The notes beneath the pieces are model-generated. The model did no database searches and had not been told where the DNA came from. It saw nothing but the letters and a program-made list of their open reading frames with translations. Shown one piece after another: positions 25,031 to 37,904 of a stretch of 64,000 bases of DNA. The stretch is from Carcharhinus longimanus (lineage: Eukaryota). Location of the stretch: the NCBI GenBank assembly GCA_030264375.1, contig JASCQW010000119.1:43812276-43876275 (forward strand). Reading direction: 5' to 3'. A program made the translations under genes and the position numbers. Numbering within the stretch: the stretch's first letter is position 1; each line of letters begins with the position of its first letter.

Positions 25031-26130
25031 TTTGGTGTTACAATGCTATGATTAATTCAAACTTTGCTGACAGTTTGTCCCAGAGCTGGTAGGTTTCTTT
25101 GATTGGATGGGCTGCCAGTAAACTAGTTTACTCTCTGAACACTGCTGCTGGAAACTGGGTTCTTGCAGTCACCCCCATGTGTCTGGTTAAGTTATGGATT
25201 ATGGCGCAGTCCACAATGCTGGGAGATGTCAATGAATCTGGTGAGTATTACATCTCTGTTCTAGGAACACTCATTATTCATGTCACAAATTGTTGAGTGG
25301 CAGAATAAAATCTTAATCTCATCATCAGGGCCTCTTTTAGAAAACTTCAAATTGTTACAAAGAACAATTAGTAATAGTGCACTCTTGCTGCATTCATTCC
25401 TTTTATTTTGAAAATCTTTATACGAAGTATGAATGCCAGCAACATTATTAGGATTACTAGAACAACTTAATTACTGAATTTAAAAGCACTATCAAGGCTA
25501 ACAACATAAAAATGCAGCAATTAACCCACAAGTATTGCAGTATCAATTTATATAGGTCAACCGTTATATAGTGCAATGGGAACTTAAGCACAAACCATTT
25601 GCAAGACTCGGTAAGGTCATAAGGCAGGTTCAAATTAGAAGCAAAACTGTAATATGACTATCACCCATTGTCATTAACAATAGTTGCTGAATGTAATGCC
25701 TTTGTAATAAAATAATCTTTCTCTTTGGTGACTGACACAGCAATGCGACACTCAGCACAGATTCTCTATCAACAGTGAGCCTTTGAAGCGAACAAATAGT
25801 GCTTAAAATCCTCTACTGTCCAACACCCCCTACAATGCCTGAAAATCAATACATTCTTAGCCTAATAGCCTGAGCTGATCATAGTCTGTGGCTTATGAGC
25901 TGTGGTTTGAGCTCATTAACAGCCTATACACATTAATTCATCTCCCTCATACTGCCGGGCACATAAAACTTTCCAAGTCAGAACACAGGTGATGTGTATC
26001 TATGGACCCTTCAGTCTAGGTCCCTGAAATGTTGGTGACAATCTGCTTCGACCTATTCTATCCCATGCTAACAGAACTTGAAATACTTTGATCATATCAC
26101 TCCATAATCTGTACAGATTGAATTAAAAAA

Positions 26131-26290
26131 GACGTGCGGATTAGGTGGATTGGCAAAATTGTCCCGTTTGTGCCAGGGAGACTAGTAAGAGTAAATGCAT
26201 GGGGTTATGGGGATAGGGTCAGGGTGGGATTGTGGTCGGCGCAGACTCAATGGGTCAAATGGCCTCCTTCTGCACCGTAGAGATTCTATA
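26131..26290 (+). mobile_element. 5'-truncated HE1 SINE
   Basis: GGTGGGATTGTGGTCGGCGCAGACTCAATGGGTCAAATGGCCTCCTTCTGCACCGTAGAGATTCTAT. Confidence 0.88.
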
Positions 26291-27959
26291 AAAACATTCT
26301 GGGGAATGCAGTTCCTCTTAACATTGCCTCTACCTATCTAGGCCGAGTGGAATTGCAACTTCTAAAACTAAAATGTCAAAAACATTATTGTGCTGATTTT
26401 AGTGAGTTCTTACATTTTCCAACAATGTTACAATCCATGTTTTCTTTGTGTATTTTATTTTTTCCTCCCTTTCTCGACGTTCTCATTTCTGCATAATTCT
26501 GCAGTGAAAAGGTCTGGCTGAAGTCTGCTTTGTGAACTGATGACTAAGGAGTGATGAACGAGGGATCTTCGTGTTTGTCAGTGTTCCTGAACTCCCTTTG
26601 AGAAAGTAACACATGACTACACAGGAAAGATGTTGCATTGGAGAAATGCGGATTGCTGGCATTCCATGGCACAGTGCAGCAGTGTGTTGTGCCACTGTGT
26701 GGTGCTATCTTTTCACTGAAGAGACTGAATGGAATCCTCTGCAATCTGCCTTTCAATAAACGGTTTTCTTTTTCAAACATTTTCAATTGAAACTGCTACA
26801 TATATGAGCAGATGGCTTCTTAGAGACTTAAGAAAATATTATACAGAACATGAAACTGACTAAATACCTCAAATGAATATTTCAGCCACCATACCAAGTT
26901 GAAATTGTTTTACTTCTTTCCAATAAATGATTTGATGTCAAATGCATGGATATTAATATTAACCATCAATTTAACTTTAAAATTCATCTTGGTTCTAATA
27001 GTGCAGAAGCGTATTGAGAATTATAATGTTAATTGAATCTTTTCATTTGAAGCTAAGATTCAGCCACATGTAGTTTGCCTTCTTCCCACTTGATAGTGCT
27101 GCAACCATTGCTCCAACATGCAGCATCGCATTGAGTAACATCAAAGTCATCTGTTCATCTCCTTTGCTCAAAATAAAGGTAGTTTTTCCAGGGAAATTAT
27201 GCAGATGTTCATTGTGTCTGGGATCAATTTCCTGCATTGTCTAGAATCTCTCAGAAATTAGCATCGAGGATGGTATTGGACTTTGTCTGATTCTTGCCAT
27301 CGATCTTAGAAGCTCCAAGATGGTACTCGGTGCTTCTATGCAATTTTAACAATCTTCCAATATCCTTTTCTTTAGAGCAAGATCCAAGATTTGAGACTGC
27401 AAGCTTTGGATTCACTTCTGTAGTTTTGCTTCCCATTGTTAGATTCCTTAATCACCTCAGATTCCTCTACTGTACTTGTTCAGACATTACGCTGAAAAAT
27501 TTGATGCAATTATGTGCTCCCCCCCAACCCCTTACCTGAGAGAATTTCTGTAGGATGGCCACTAGGAGGCAAGGTCTGTGATTGTGTAAATGAGGATGCG
27601 GCTGTTTGAACAGAAGTGATAAACACTGAACTTTTCCTGTTAAGCAATAACTTACTTTAGATTTTCGATAGGAAAGAACATTATGCAATAGTGTAAAGTT
27701 ATGTGACTCTCGTGCAGTTCCTCTGTAACTCTTGAAGATCACTTCTCTTACTAGTGAATTTGTATTTATACACCAAGGCACAGATAAGTCTCACATTGTA
27801 CACAAACCCACAACTGTCATTGTTCCTCCTACATCTTCATTCAAATGTTCGGCCACATGGTTCCTGAAACCGTGAGTGGTAGAGAGGCAAATTCTCATCA
27901 CTATTTCCTGTGAGAGGAAAAAGAAGACCTGAATTCTGCAGCAAATTCTGTTCAGGGTA

Positions 27960-28560
27960 AACATAGAAACATAGAAGATAGGAGCAGGAGGAGGCCATTT
28001 GGTCCTTTGAGCCTGCTCCATCATTCATTACGATCGTGGCTGATCATCCAACTCAATAGCCTAATTCTGCTTTCTCGTCATAATCTTTGATCCCATGGAT
28101 GGATAGGGATGGATAGGATAGAGGTGGAGAGACTCTTCCCGCTCAGAAAGGACATTAGGACTATGGCACAGCNNNNNNNNNNNNNNNNNNNNNNNNNNNN
28201 NNNNNNNNNNNNNNNNNNNNNNNNNNNNNNNNNNNNNNNNNNNNNNNNNNNNNNNNNNNNNNNNNNNNNNNNNNNNNNNNNNNNNNNNNNNNNNNNNNNN
28301 NNNNNNNNNNNNNNNNNNNNNNNNNNNNNNNNNNNNNNNNNNNNNNNNNNNNNNNNNNNNNNNNNNNNNNNNNNNNNTCTCATACATAGTTCTGGAATCC
28401 CTGGAATCAGCCTGGTAAACCTTTGCTGCAAGAACATCCTTCCTCAGAAAAGGAGACCAAAACTGCACACTATACTCTAGGTGTGGCCTCACCACCTGTA
28501 TGATTGCAACAACACATCCCTGCTCCTGTGCTCGAAACCTCTCACAATGAAGGCCAACAT
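27960..28560 (-). mobile_element. CR1 LINE pieces around a gap (28100-28172 in + orientation)
   Basis: (AACATAGA)n tail with GGAGCAGGAGGAGGCCATT, and VRPHLEYSVQFWSPFLRKD on the minus strand. Confidence 0.88.
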
Positions 28561-30486
28561 ACAACAGTACTTACAGTACTTATAACAATTTAGAACATCA
28601 GCCTGGACAGAGTACTGACCACAATTTAGCATATCAAGCTATTTGAGGGTCAAAAATCAAGAAAAAAAAGATGGGATGAGTTAGGAAGGCCTGCCCAGAC
28701 GTGCTATAAGGAAAATTGCATTTCCTTCCTTCACAATATAGTCCTTGAGCATATGCTATTGGATGAAGGATTGTCACACAAATAAAGAGAATACAATGTA
28801 GGGTCAGAGCTGGCAGGTGAAATACCTTTGCTGCTCTGGTGAGATTGCTAATTCCCTGGCATTGCAAAGGATTCCTGCAAATCACCCACTGCCGCAGTCA
28901 ATTCTCCATCTTTTCCTTGGTGGGCTCCTGACATTTGAAGTCAAGGAGAGGCAATATCTAGCAAGCTTTACAAGAAAAATCAGAGGTGGAATTTGTCTTC
29001 CCAAATAATGCAAAACAGGGTTTTAGCAAATCAATAGCTTTAATCTCAAAAAAATTGTTTTATTGCCACAGTGCTAACTTGGTAGCTTCACCATGAGGAT
29101 AATGTGTCTATCTGTAGTACTTTGGATTTCAACCTTGTATATTGCTTCTGTAGCATTAACTACATGCAAGCTGACTACAGATACCACTAAAAGCGAGCTT
29201 TACTTAATATATCACATAGCAAATTAGTTCAGTGACAATAATAGGGTGTTTTTTTTTGAAACACAGAATGGTAGATTGTGTGCTATTATTCACAAGTACA
29301 ACCTGCAAAGTCACAGGAAATTCCAGCAATTAAATGTGTGGTTCCTGAGAATGAAATTTAGTTAGCAGGCCATTAGTTACAGAGAAAAATAGAAATTTTT
29401 TATTGAGAAAGGAATTTCACCCATATAACTCTATATATAAACTAGCTGCATTGTGCATACTTTCCATAATTTCATTTATTTTGTACATTAGAACTCTGCT
29501 AACTGCAATATAATCCACCATATTAATCCCCTCATTTATTAAAGGCTTTATGTGTGTTCCAATGAACATTATTGGGTCAACTGGAGATAAAAGAATTAAA
29601 AGAAGCCCCTTTAAAGAATCATATAACCCAATATCCATAACACAGTGCATAGGAGCTAAAACTGTTGGTTTGTTCTGAGCACATATGGGAATCCGAGACG
29701 TATATCACCTCCTACCTATCAGAGACTCTCAGTCTGAAGAGGAATCCATCAATTCTCCATGGATAAAGCTTGGATATCTAGAAGTAATTGATTGGCCTTC
29801 AACTAATGCCCTTTCTCAGCAAAGGTAATTCTTATTTTTATTTATTTAGGTATTGATTTTTTGGGGAATGAATTTCATGCTTGTCAAAATGATGAATGAC
29901 ATGGCTCAGAAATGAAACATTCTTTTCTCTTTGCACCTGGTAATAATATAAAGCACTCTTGGAGGGGTATAACACAGTTCAGGTGCAATTCGGAACTGAC
30001 TCCATGTCAACTCCCAAGTGGTTCGTATCCCCATCCTTGAATGAATGTTCCCCATTGTATTCCTGAATATTCTCACAGTACAGTGGGAGCACATTTTAAA
30101 AATTCTTGGTCCAAAATTATTTTTCACAGGTATTGGGCTTTATGCCATGCATAACAGTGATGCAATGAGAGCTACCAAAACCAATTAAAACATTTCTATT
30201 TGATAGTGACAGAATTCTTTAACTTAACACTAAAACACCTTTTTAGGATTATGGGCCCAATAGAAAAACTCCTCTTTTTTCTATTTTTGAAACTGCAAAA
30301 CTGATTGTTAGTAATTATTAAATGTACTTGAGCAACATTAATATTAAAGAATTGTTCAAGATCATTTTTATTGAGCATCCTCAATGTCTCAACAAATAAA
30401 ATGTGGATCATAATTATACAAATTGGAAAGGTGCCTGGCCTTATTGCTGATTTGTGTTGAGTTACTCGATTTCAGCTACAGATATC

Positions 30487-31095
30487 ATAGAATAGAATAG
30501 AATCCCTACAATGCAGAAGGTGGCCATTTGGCCATCAAGCCTGCACTGACAATGGTTCCACCCAGACCCTATCCCTGTAACCCCATGTATTTACCTAGCT
30601 AATCTCTCTGACACTAAGGGGTAATTTAGCATGGCCAATCAACCTAACCTGCACATCTTTGGAGTGTGGGAGGAAACCAGAGCACAGTGGTGAGCACTGC
30701 TGCTTCACAGTGCCAGGGACCCAGGTCCGATTCCCGGCTTGGGTCAGTGCCTGTGTGGAGTTTGTATGTTCTCCCCATGTCTGTGTGGGTTTCCTCCAGG
30801 TGCTCTGGTTTCCTCCCACAATCCAAAAGACGTGCTGGTTAGGTACATTGATCCAAACTGGAATAATATTCAAGACCTGCAGCCAGGATTTCCAGCCAAA
30901 TATGGGGCTGCCATCAGAATCGTCTAGCGAGGTACAGTGCTCAGGCACGCAGAATGTAGTAATAGACCCATGGAAGCCTCACAGGTTTTCAACTCAAATA
31001 CAGAGGCCATGGATCAGACTAAAGTAAAGTTTATTTATCAGTCACAAGTTAGGTTTACATTAACACTGCAATGAAGTTACTGTGAAAATCCCCTA
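30487..31095. mobile_element. Cluster of V-SINE halves in opposite orientations
   Basis: Minus HE1 3' half (30487-30685) is fused at AGCAC to a plus-strand 5' half (30681-30850). A minus type-B tail lies at 31025-31095. Confidence 0.85.
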
Positions 31096-31955
31096 TGAAG
31101 GAAAGCACTGGCAGTGAAGAGTTAATGTTACTGAGGAATTCATACAAGTGGCAGATGAGGTTCTGCTACCTGCTGATTATCCCTTATCCCAGTTGGAGCC
31201 TGGAATACCGCAGGGAGCATCTCCTTCCAATTCCAGGCTCAGCTCTTACATCGTAAAACCTTTTGGAACTAAAAACTCCAATTCTTGGAGCAGGTGTTTG
31301 TGTTCCCTGGCTTTGAGAGTTGGATGTCCACAAAGATGGGAATGGGGAGAAGAGTGGGTGCAGGAGGGTTGGGGAGGTGTTGCCATGGTGCAAAGTTTTT
31401 TGTGCCTGTTGCCACATAATCTCTTAATTCAACTCTTGCAGTGGGGTGCTACAACTGGTATCAGGGAACAAAAGGAACCTAGATAACCATTCCTGATCAC
31501 CATCCAATCATTCCTGCTGGAAATGTGGATAGAGTATCAATCAGGCAATAACTGGAGCTTAAAAGAAAGGTATTGCAATAATTGTTGGCAATTTTAATCT
31601 TCACATAGATTGAAGGAATCACACTATCAAAGGTAGCCTGGAGGTGGAGTTCACGGAGACTATTCAGGAATTACTTAGAACAACACATTCTGGATCGAAC
31701 CAGGGAGCAGGCTATATTAGACCTGGTATTATGTAATGAGACAGCATTAATTAATTGCTTCATAGTAAAGGATCCTCCAGGCAAGAGTGATCATAACATG
31801 CAAGAACATTGCATTCAGAATGAGGATGAAAAATGTAGGTGTCTTAAACTTAAATAAAGGCAATTACAAGGATAGGAAGACAAAGTTGACTAAAATGGAT
31901 AGGAAAATAAATTAAAAGGTACAATACTAAAGAAGCAATAGCAAACGTTTAAGAA

Positions 31956-32480
31956 GCACAGCACGGTAGCACAGTGGTTAGCACTGCTGCCTCATTGCGC
32001 CAGGGACCTGAGTTCAATTCCTGACTTGGGTCATTATATGTGTGGAGTCTGCATGTTCTCCACGCAGGTGTATGCGTGGGTTTCCTCCTGGTGGTCCGGT
32101 GTCCTCCCACAGTCCAAAAGATGTGCCAAATTCCCAGTTAAATGCATTGGCCATGCTAAATTCTCCCTCAGTGTACCTGAACAAGCGCTGGTGTGGCGAC
32201 TTGGGGATTTTCATGGTAACTTCATTGCAGTGTTGATATAAAGCCTACTTACGACACAAATAAAAATAAACTTTAAAAAATGTGCAGGTTAAGTGGCTTG
32301 GCCATGCTAAAATTGCCCTTTAGTGTTCCAAGCAATGTAGGTTAGATAGATTAACCATAGGAAACGTGTGGGGTTATGGGAATGGGCTAGGGAAGAGTGC
32401 TGGGGTGTGATACTCTGTCAGAGAGTTGGTACAGTCTTAATGGGAAGACTGGCCTCTCTGTGCTGGAGAGATTCTATTCT
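31956..32480 (+). mobile_element. V-SINE type B (31956-32275) followed by an HE1 3' half
   Basis: Full head, V-domain and type-B tail, then TGTGCAGGTTAAGTGG.TTGGCCATGCTAAAATTGCCC..GAGATTCTATTCT. Confidence 0.88.
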
Positions 32481-32559
32481 GTGAGGAGATACTTCATAAC
32501 TATCTCAAAAGATATATTCCATTAAGAAAGAAAAACTATGGGACGGATGCACCATCTAA

Positions 32560-32872
32560 GTTTAAATTTATTTTTGTACTATTGTTACAAATGGGCTTAG
32601 ATTAACCCTACAGTGAAGTTACTGTGAAAATCCCCAAGCCGTCACACTCCGGCACCTGTTTGAGTACACTGAGGGAGAATTTAGCATGGCAAATACAACT
32701 AACCAGGACATCTTACAGACTGTAGAAGAAAACTGGAGAGCCCAGAGGAAACTTGTGCAGACATGAGGAGAATATGCAGAATCCACACAGACAGTGACCC
32801 GAGCCAGGAATTAAACCTGGATCCCTGGCACTGTGAGGCAGCAGTGCTAACATCTGTGCCTCCGTGCCATCC
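32560..32872 (-). mobile_element. V-SINE type B
   Basis: Reverse complement of the 31956 copy (GTGAAGTTACTGTGAAAATCCCC..CCCTGGCACTGTGAGGCAGCAGTGCTAAC). Confidence 0.88.
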
Positions 32873-32952
32873 ATATACCCATAACCCTAAGATTAAGAGT
32901 CTCATGCTCTCCAAACCGTGACTATTTGCATTGTCGGTATTCTATGATTCTA

Positions 32953-33215
32953 CCTGAGAATACCACCACCTGGAGATTCCTCTCCAAATCATGCACCATC
33001 CTGACTTGGAAATATATCTCCATTCCTTTGACTTAGGTTGCTGAGTCAAAATTCTGGAACTCCCTACCTAACAGCACTGTGGGCTTAACTACATTTTAGG
33101 GACTGCAGCAGTTCAAGAATGCAGCTCACCAACACCTTCTGAAGTGCAACTAGGGATGGGCAATAAATACTGGTTTAGCCAGTAGTGCCCACACCCTGTA
33201 AAATGAATTTAAAAA
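32953..33215 (+). mobile_element. 3' end of a CR1/L2-group LINE
   Basis: TGGAACTCCCT.CCTAACAGCACTGTGGG..GGACTGCAGCAGTTCAAGA..GCAACTAGGGATGGGCAATAAAT tail. The same tail ends SINE C at 47710-47770. Confidence 0.8.
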
Positions 33216-33559
33216 AACAGCACTTTAACTCAAGAAATAAGGGAGACAGAAAGTAGGATACTCTCGGTCAGTTAGCCTAACATCATTGGGAAAATGCTAG
33301 AATTCATTAATAAAGAAGTAGTAACAGGATATTTTGAAAATCATTATACAATTAAATCAACATGGTTTTCTGAAAGGAAAATTGTGTTTGACAACTTTAT
33401 TCCTTGATATAACAAACAGGGTAGATATAGGGGAATCGGTTGATGTAGTGTATTTGGATTTCTGAACGGTATTCGATAAGGTGTCATATAAAAGGTTACA
33501 CACAAGGGAAGAGTTCATGGTGTTGGATGTGATATATTAACATGGATAGAGGATTGTCT

Positions 33560-33693
33560 TGTGATGTTAATGTACTTATAAGAGTTTTTTTTAGTTTATC
33601 CTCACAGCCTTAGGTGATGTCATTATTGGGAGGAGAAAAAACTGTGGGCAGATCAGATGATAGAGATTTCACTTTCAGTTTCAGTTTAAGAAC
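33560..33693 (+). mobile_element. 5' part of a solo LTR (continues at 38543-39108)
   Basis: Starts with TG exactly where CR1 copy A breaks (..GAGGATTGTCT|TGTGATG) and ends at TTTAAGAAC, which is echoed by TTTGAGAAC at 38543. Confidence 0.6.
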
Positions 33694-34136
33694 ATAAGAA
33701 CTAGGAGCAGAAGTAGGCCATTTGGCCTCCCGGTCCTGCTCCACTATTGAATAAGATCATGGTTGATCTTTTCATGGACACAGTTCTACTTACCTGTCTG
33801 TTTGCCATAACCCTTAATTCCTTTACTGTTCAAAAATGTATCTATTCTTGCCTTAAAAACATTCAACAGCTTCACTGGGCAGGGAGTTCCATAGATTCAC
33901 AGAGTCATCTAGGGTTCCCTTTGCCCTTCACTCTCACAGGAACGTGCTTACCCTGAACACTGGTTAACAGTCTTTTGAAAGCCTCCCACTTACCAGCCAT
34001 CCCTTTGCCTACCAACAGACTCCCCCAGTCAACTTTTGAAAGTTCCTGTCTAATGCCACGAAAATTGGCCTTGCCCCAATTTAGAATTTTAACTTTTGGG
34101 CCAGACCAAGCATTCTCCATAGCTATCTTAAAACTA
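33688..34136 (-). mobile_element. CR1 copy B 3' end (33688-33901) abutting a non-contiguous CR1 linker fragment (33902-34136)
   Basis: (AACATAAG)n tail with GGAGCAGAAGTAGGCCAT, then an abrupt jump to KILNWGKANFRGIRQELSKVDW..KWEAFK. Confidence 0.85.
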
Positions 34137-34443
34137 AGAAAGGATATAATTGTAATCGCAGTTCACTTGATTGATTCCTGGCACAATGGCATGAGACCCT
34201 GTTACAGTTGGAAGGTATAAACACACTTTAAAATTAAGGAACCAAAGGTCCATTTGCATCAGCACTCAAATACTGCACCATCCAAATAAGGTCCTAGTGC
34301 AAGAACCCAAAAATTAAGCTTGATTTCAACACTGACTCATTTATGGACACTTAATTCAAGATGACTGATTATGCTTTGTTTCAACAGCTTTCAGATGAAG
34401 TTAATGGAACAATATTCAAGTGATAACCAGAGTTAGGAGTTAC

Positions 34444-34557
34444 CTGAAATGTACATGAAACCACCGTAAACAGTTCCAGCATGTCCATAATGAGGTTCAT
34501 TCATTTTAGCCACGTAATTCCACTCATTGGTTCTTGGATTGTAGCACTCAACAGTGG
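34444..34557 (-). CDS. klhl13: Internal kelch-repeat exon of kelch-like protein 13 (KLHL13/KLHL9 family, CUL3 substrate adaptor)
   Basis: tttctcatttctttacaacAG|CC ACT GTT GAG..ATT TCA G|GTaact. 114 nt, phase 1-1, encoding [37 protein letters not shown](G), near-identical to vertebrate KLHL13/KLHL9 as I recall them. The flanking introns favour KLHL13. Too short to appear in the ORF track. Confidence 0.92.
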
Positions 34558-37500
34558 CTGTTGTAAAGAAATGAGAAATGATTACGAAATACATTGAATC
34601 CTTTAAAAAATGGCAAGAACCTTTTGTTGTAAAGCATCACTGAGCACTATTATGCCATTATTTGGATGATGGAGCTATTCTTTGTTCCAGCAGCTAATGA
34701 TTATACAGAAAACCTTACCATCAATACCAATATTACGAAGATATATGTGCCCATTACACTTCGCAAAAGAAGATTGTATTGCATCCATTGGGAAGTGTCA
34801 TTGGTTCCCACATGTATTTTCTCTAGGCCATGAGGGCGTCTTGCACTACAGTCATTCACATCACTTACAGTTGAGACTGTTCCACCTGGTGCACATTAAC
34901 TTTTTTATTACACCTTGGCCTTCAAAATACAAAGTGAGAAATGAATGTTCAAACACTCAGCACACTCTTGCGAATTTCTAGTATTACGATAGTTGCCGCC
35001 AAAACAGAAGTTAAATGTATGATTTTTCCATTAAATTTTTTTCTAAACTCACTGTTAGATGAATATTACTTGTCAACAAGTCGAAAAAATCTTACAAAAA
35101 CAGTTCACTGCAAAGTATTCCAGCTATTATTTTTCCTGTTCCGATTCAATACACAACATATTTTACCCTCAAGTCCCAAAGCAACAAAGGACTCAATGGG
35201 TTTGTTTAAAGATGATGATAACTTAGGGAAGTCACAATGGAGGTTAAGAATTATGGCACTTCAATTAGCTTGTCATATGGAATTATGAAACAGAAATTAA
35301 TTTTGACAATATCGGGTGTGAACGGTCAATACATTTGCACCACATTCCTTTACCCATTAGAGAAGGTATAATTAAACAAGCTGCGTGTACATAGTCGCCC
35401 TGAGATAGCCTATAGCAATTTGAAATCTAAGGTGGTGTTATAAGGTGAAATGGGATGTGTGGTTTGGGGAGGATGGTTCTGCAGTAGCATTAGCCAAAAA
35501 CAAATTAAAACATTTATGATTCTAAGAGTGATACTGATGAAATATTCTGGAATTCAATGCATTTTTATGAAAAATGTTCACACTACATTACTTCAGCACA
35601 GTTATGTGAATAATACACAAAACAGACAGACAGATGGCTGGTACTACACAAGAAAGGTACAAATAGAGACTTAATAACCTGTTGCATATGTATGAATACT
35701 GGGATTGTAAATTGTGAAATCCTGGTCTCTGCTACCTCTGCACTTGAGTAACTGGCCTTTGAACATGGAATGACACAGTCTACAGATCATCCAGCCCGTT
35801 GTGCCTGTGCCAGCTCCAGTTAGCTCCATTTTCCTGTTTTCCGATAACCCTGCAATTTTTACCCCTTCAAGGCTTTATTCAAATTTATTCAATTCCATTT
35901 TGAAAGTTACTATGGAATCTGCTTGCACAGCGGGGTGGAACTGAGAGAGAAGGGAGGGAGTTTGGAATAAGAAAGGAGGACAGTGCAAAGGGAAGGAAAA
36001 TATAAGCAACCATTGTGAGTTAGTTGCTGCCTCTTAACAATTAACTGAGGCTATTTCCACAAGTCTACAAGAACACTATTTTTGGAAGTCAAAAAATTGA
36101 TTTCCAAATTATTTCCACTTTAGAGATTCAGGAAAGACGGATTTTTTGTTTTCAAATTTAGCAGGATTTCATGGAGAAAGCTCATTTTCAAAAAATTGAT
36201 GCTCATAGTTATCCACTAGGCCAGCTTATAGTGTGGGAAGTAGTGCACTACGGGAGAATGATTTATGGTCTCCTACTGCACCTACAACAGCTTAATAATT
36301 AGTTCACTGAAAGTGATATCATGCTACCAGCTGCCTCAACAAATGTAGAAACGAAACTGCATTTCCATTCAATTACTTGCTGACCCCTTACATTCTGCAA
36401 AATTCAAGTTATTTTACAATTATGCTGGTTGCATATATGCATTCAACCAGCATATGGAACAACTCTTGGTTGCAGTATGTTAAACAATAGTGCAAATCAA
36501 TGCCTGCAATGCTCATGACATTATGCCTCCTGACTCCCCCATTCAGTTCTTCCAAGGTACTGAACTTTTTATTAGACTTGAATGAATTGAAAAAAAGTGA
36601 AAATAAAATTAAATGGGCTTTCAAAATAACTAATTCATTTTCATATTTGTGTACTGGAATCAGTATCACATCAAAAATTTATTTAAAAAGTCTACAGCTC
36701 CAAATGCTGCTCATAAAGCATGCCAGCAGTTCTGCAAAATCCTTTTTGGGCTGGGCAAATACGTTCCAAGTCTTCTGATCTTCCGCTTTTGAATTTAACA
36801 AGCTAATGAATAAAAGTAATAGCATGCATTTGTAAATATTTCTGCTAACTGTTTGGCACTGCACTGCAACTCTTCCTCAGAAATGACCCCACTCTGATGT
36901 TTTATAATGTTCCTAATAAACTGCAGACTATAATAAATCCTAACAGGACTGCTGTGAAGGTACCTGAAGGTTTATACATAGAAAGCAACAAAATTTAATG
37001 TGCATCACAAACTCTGAATGCCAGCTTAAATGATCTTGGTTTCTTGGAATCTATATTTCTTGTATTTGAACTACTTGGCAATTTACATGAAAGCACTGAT
37101 GATTGTATACCCCAGTCCCACTCACTGTGGTAGGTCTGACTAATTGTTAATCAATAACTAAGTGTCTTTAATTGTTCATGAAAGTCTTATACAATCCAAG
37201 GGTGATTCCACCATCCCTACCAGGAAGCCAATCTCAGTGCAGAATTTAAATTATAATACTACACCCTTGTCATACATTATCAGTGCTCACATTGTCATTT
37301 CAGCTCTAAAATACCAGTGTACTTCATTGCAAGTCACCCATTAAAGTCAATTAAACTTGTAAATTAAGTTGCTTTTACACAATTTAATAACAAGATGGCT
37401 TGTTTCCAAGATCTGCGTTATGGGAAAATAAATCCACTAAAAGCATCTACTACATCAATGCTTACCTGTGTTACCCTCGCACAATATTTTAAAGGTTTCT

Positions 37501-37904
37501 TTCAAATTAAGTGATGGAATTCTTATGAAATACTGTTCAGTCTTAAAGCAACATTGGAGCTACATATGCTAGTCAAGTAAAAATATTGAGAGAGTAGTGA
37601 ATAAAAAAATCCTCTCGTGCTCAGGACAGTTGGGACAACTCTTTTTCCCACTCTCTTTTTCCAATTGTATTTAATAGCAGTTTGGGGGAGTGACTCACCA
37701 ATTACTAATGTATGTGTGAATGTGCATTCTAGACTGGTGGAGGTGAGCTTGAAATCACCATTTAAGTAGGGGGAGCAAAGAGAATCAAAAGTATCACCTT
37801 TTAAATGCGTGCATGTTGGGGTGTGGGGTGGGATGCCTCTGTTCTTCCATTAAACTGTGGTGCCCTGGTTTGTTTCCATAAGGCTACTGTGCTACAATTA
37901 GGGT

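Larger units (their letters stand above)
31565..33559 (+). mobile_element. CR1 LINE copy A, 5' part (endonuclease to RT), interrupted by SINEs and a LINE tail
   Basis: IIVGNFNLHID..REQAILDLVLCNE..DPPGKSDHNM, and later QHGFLKGKLCLT..VDVVYLDF*TVFDKVS..TWIEDC. Confidence 0.85.
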
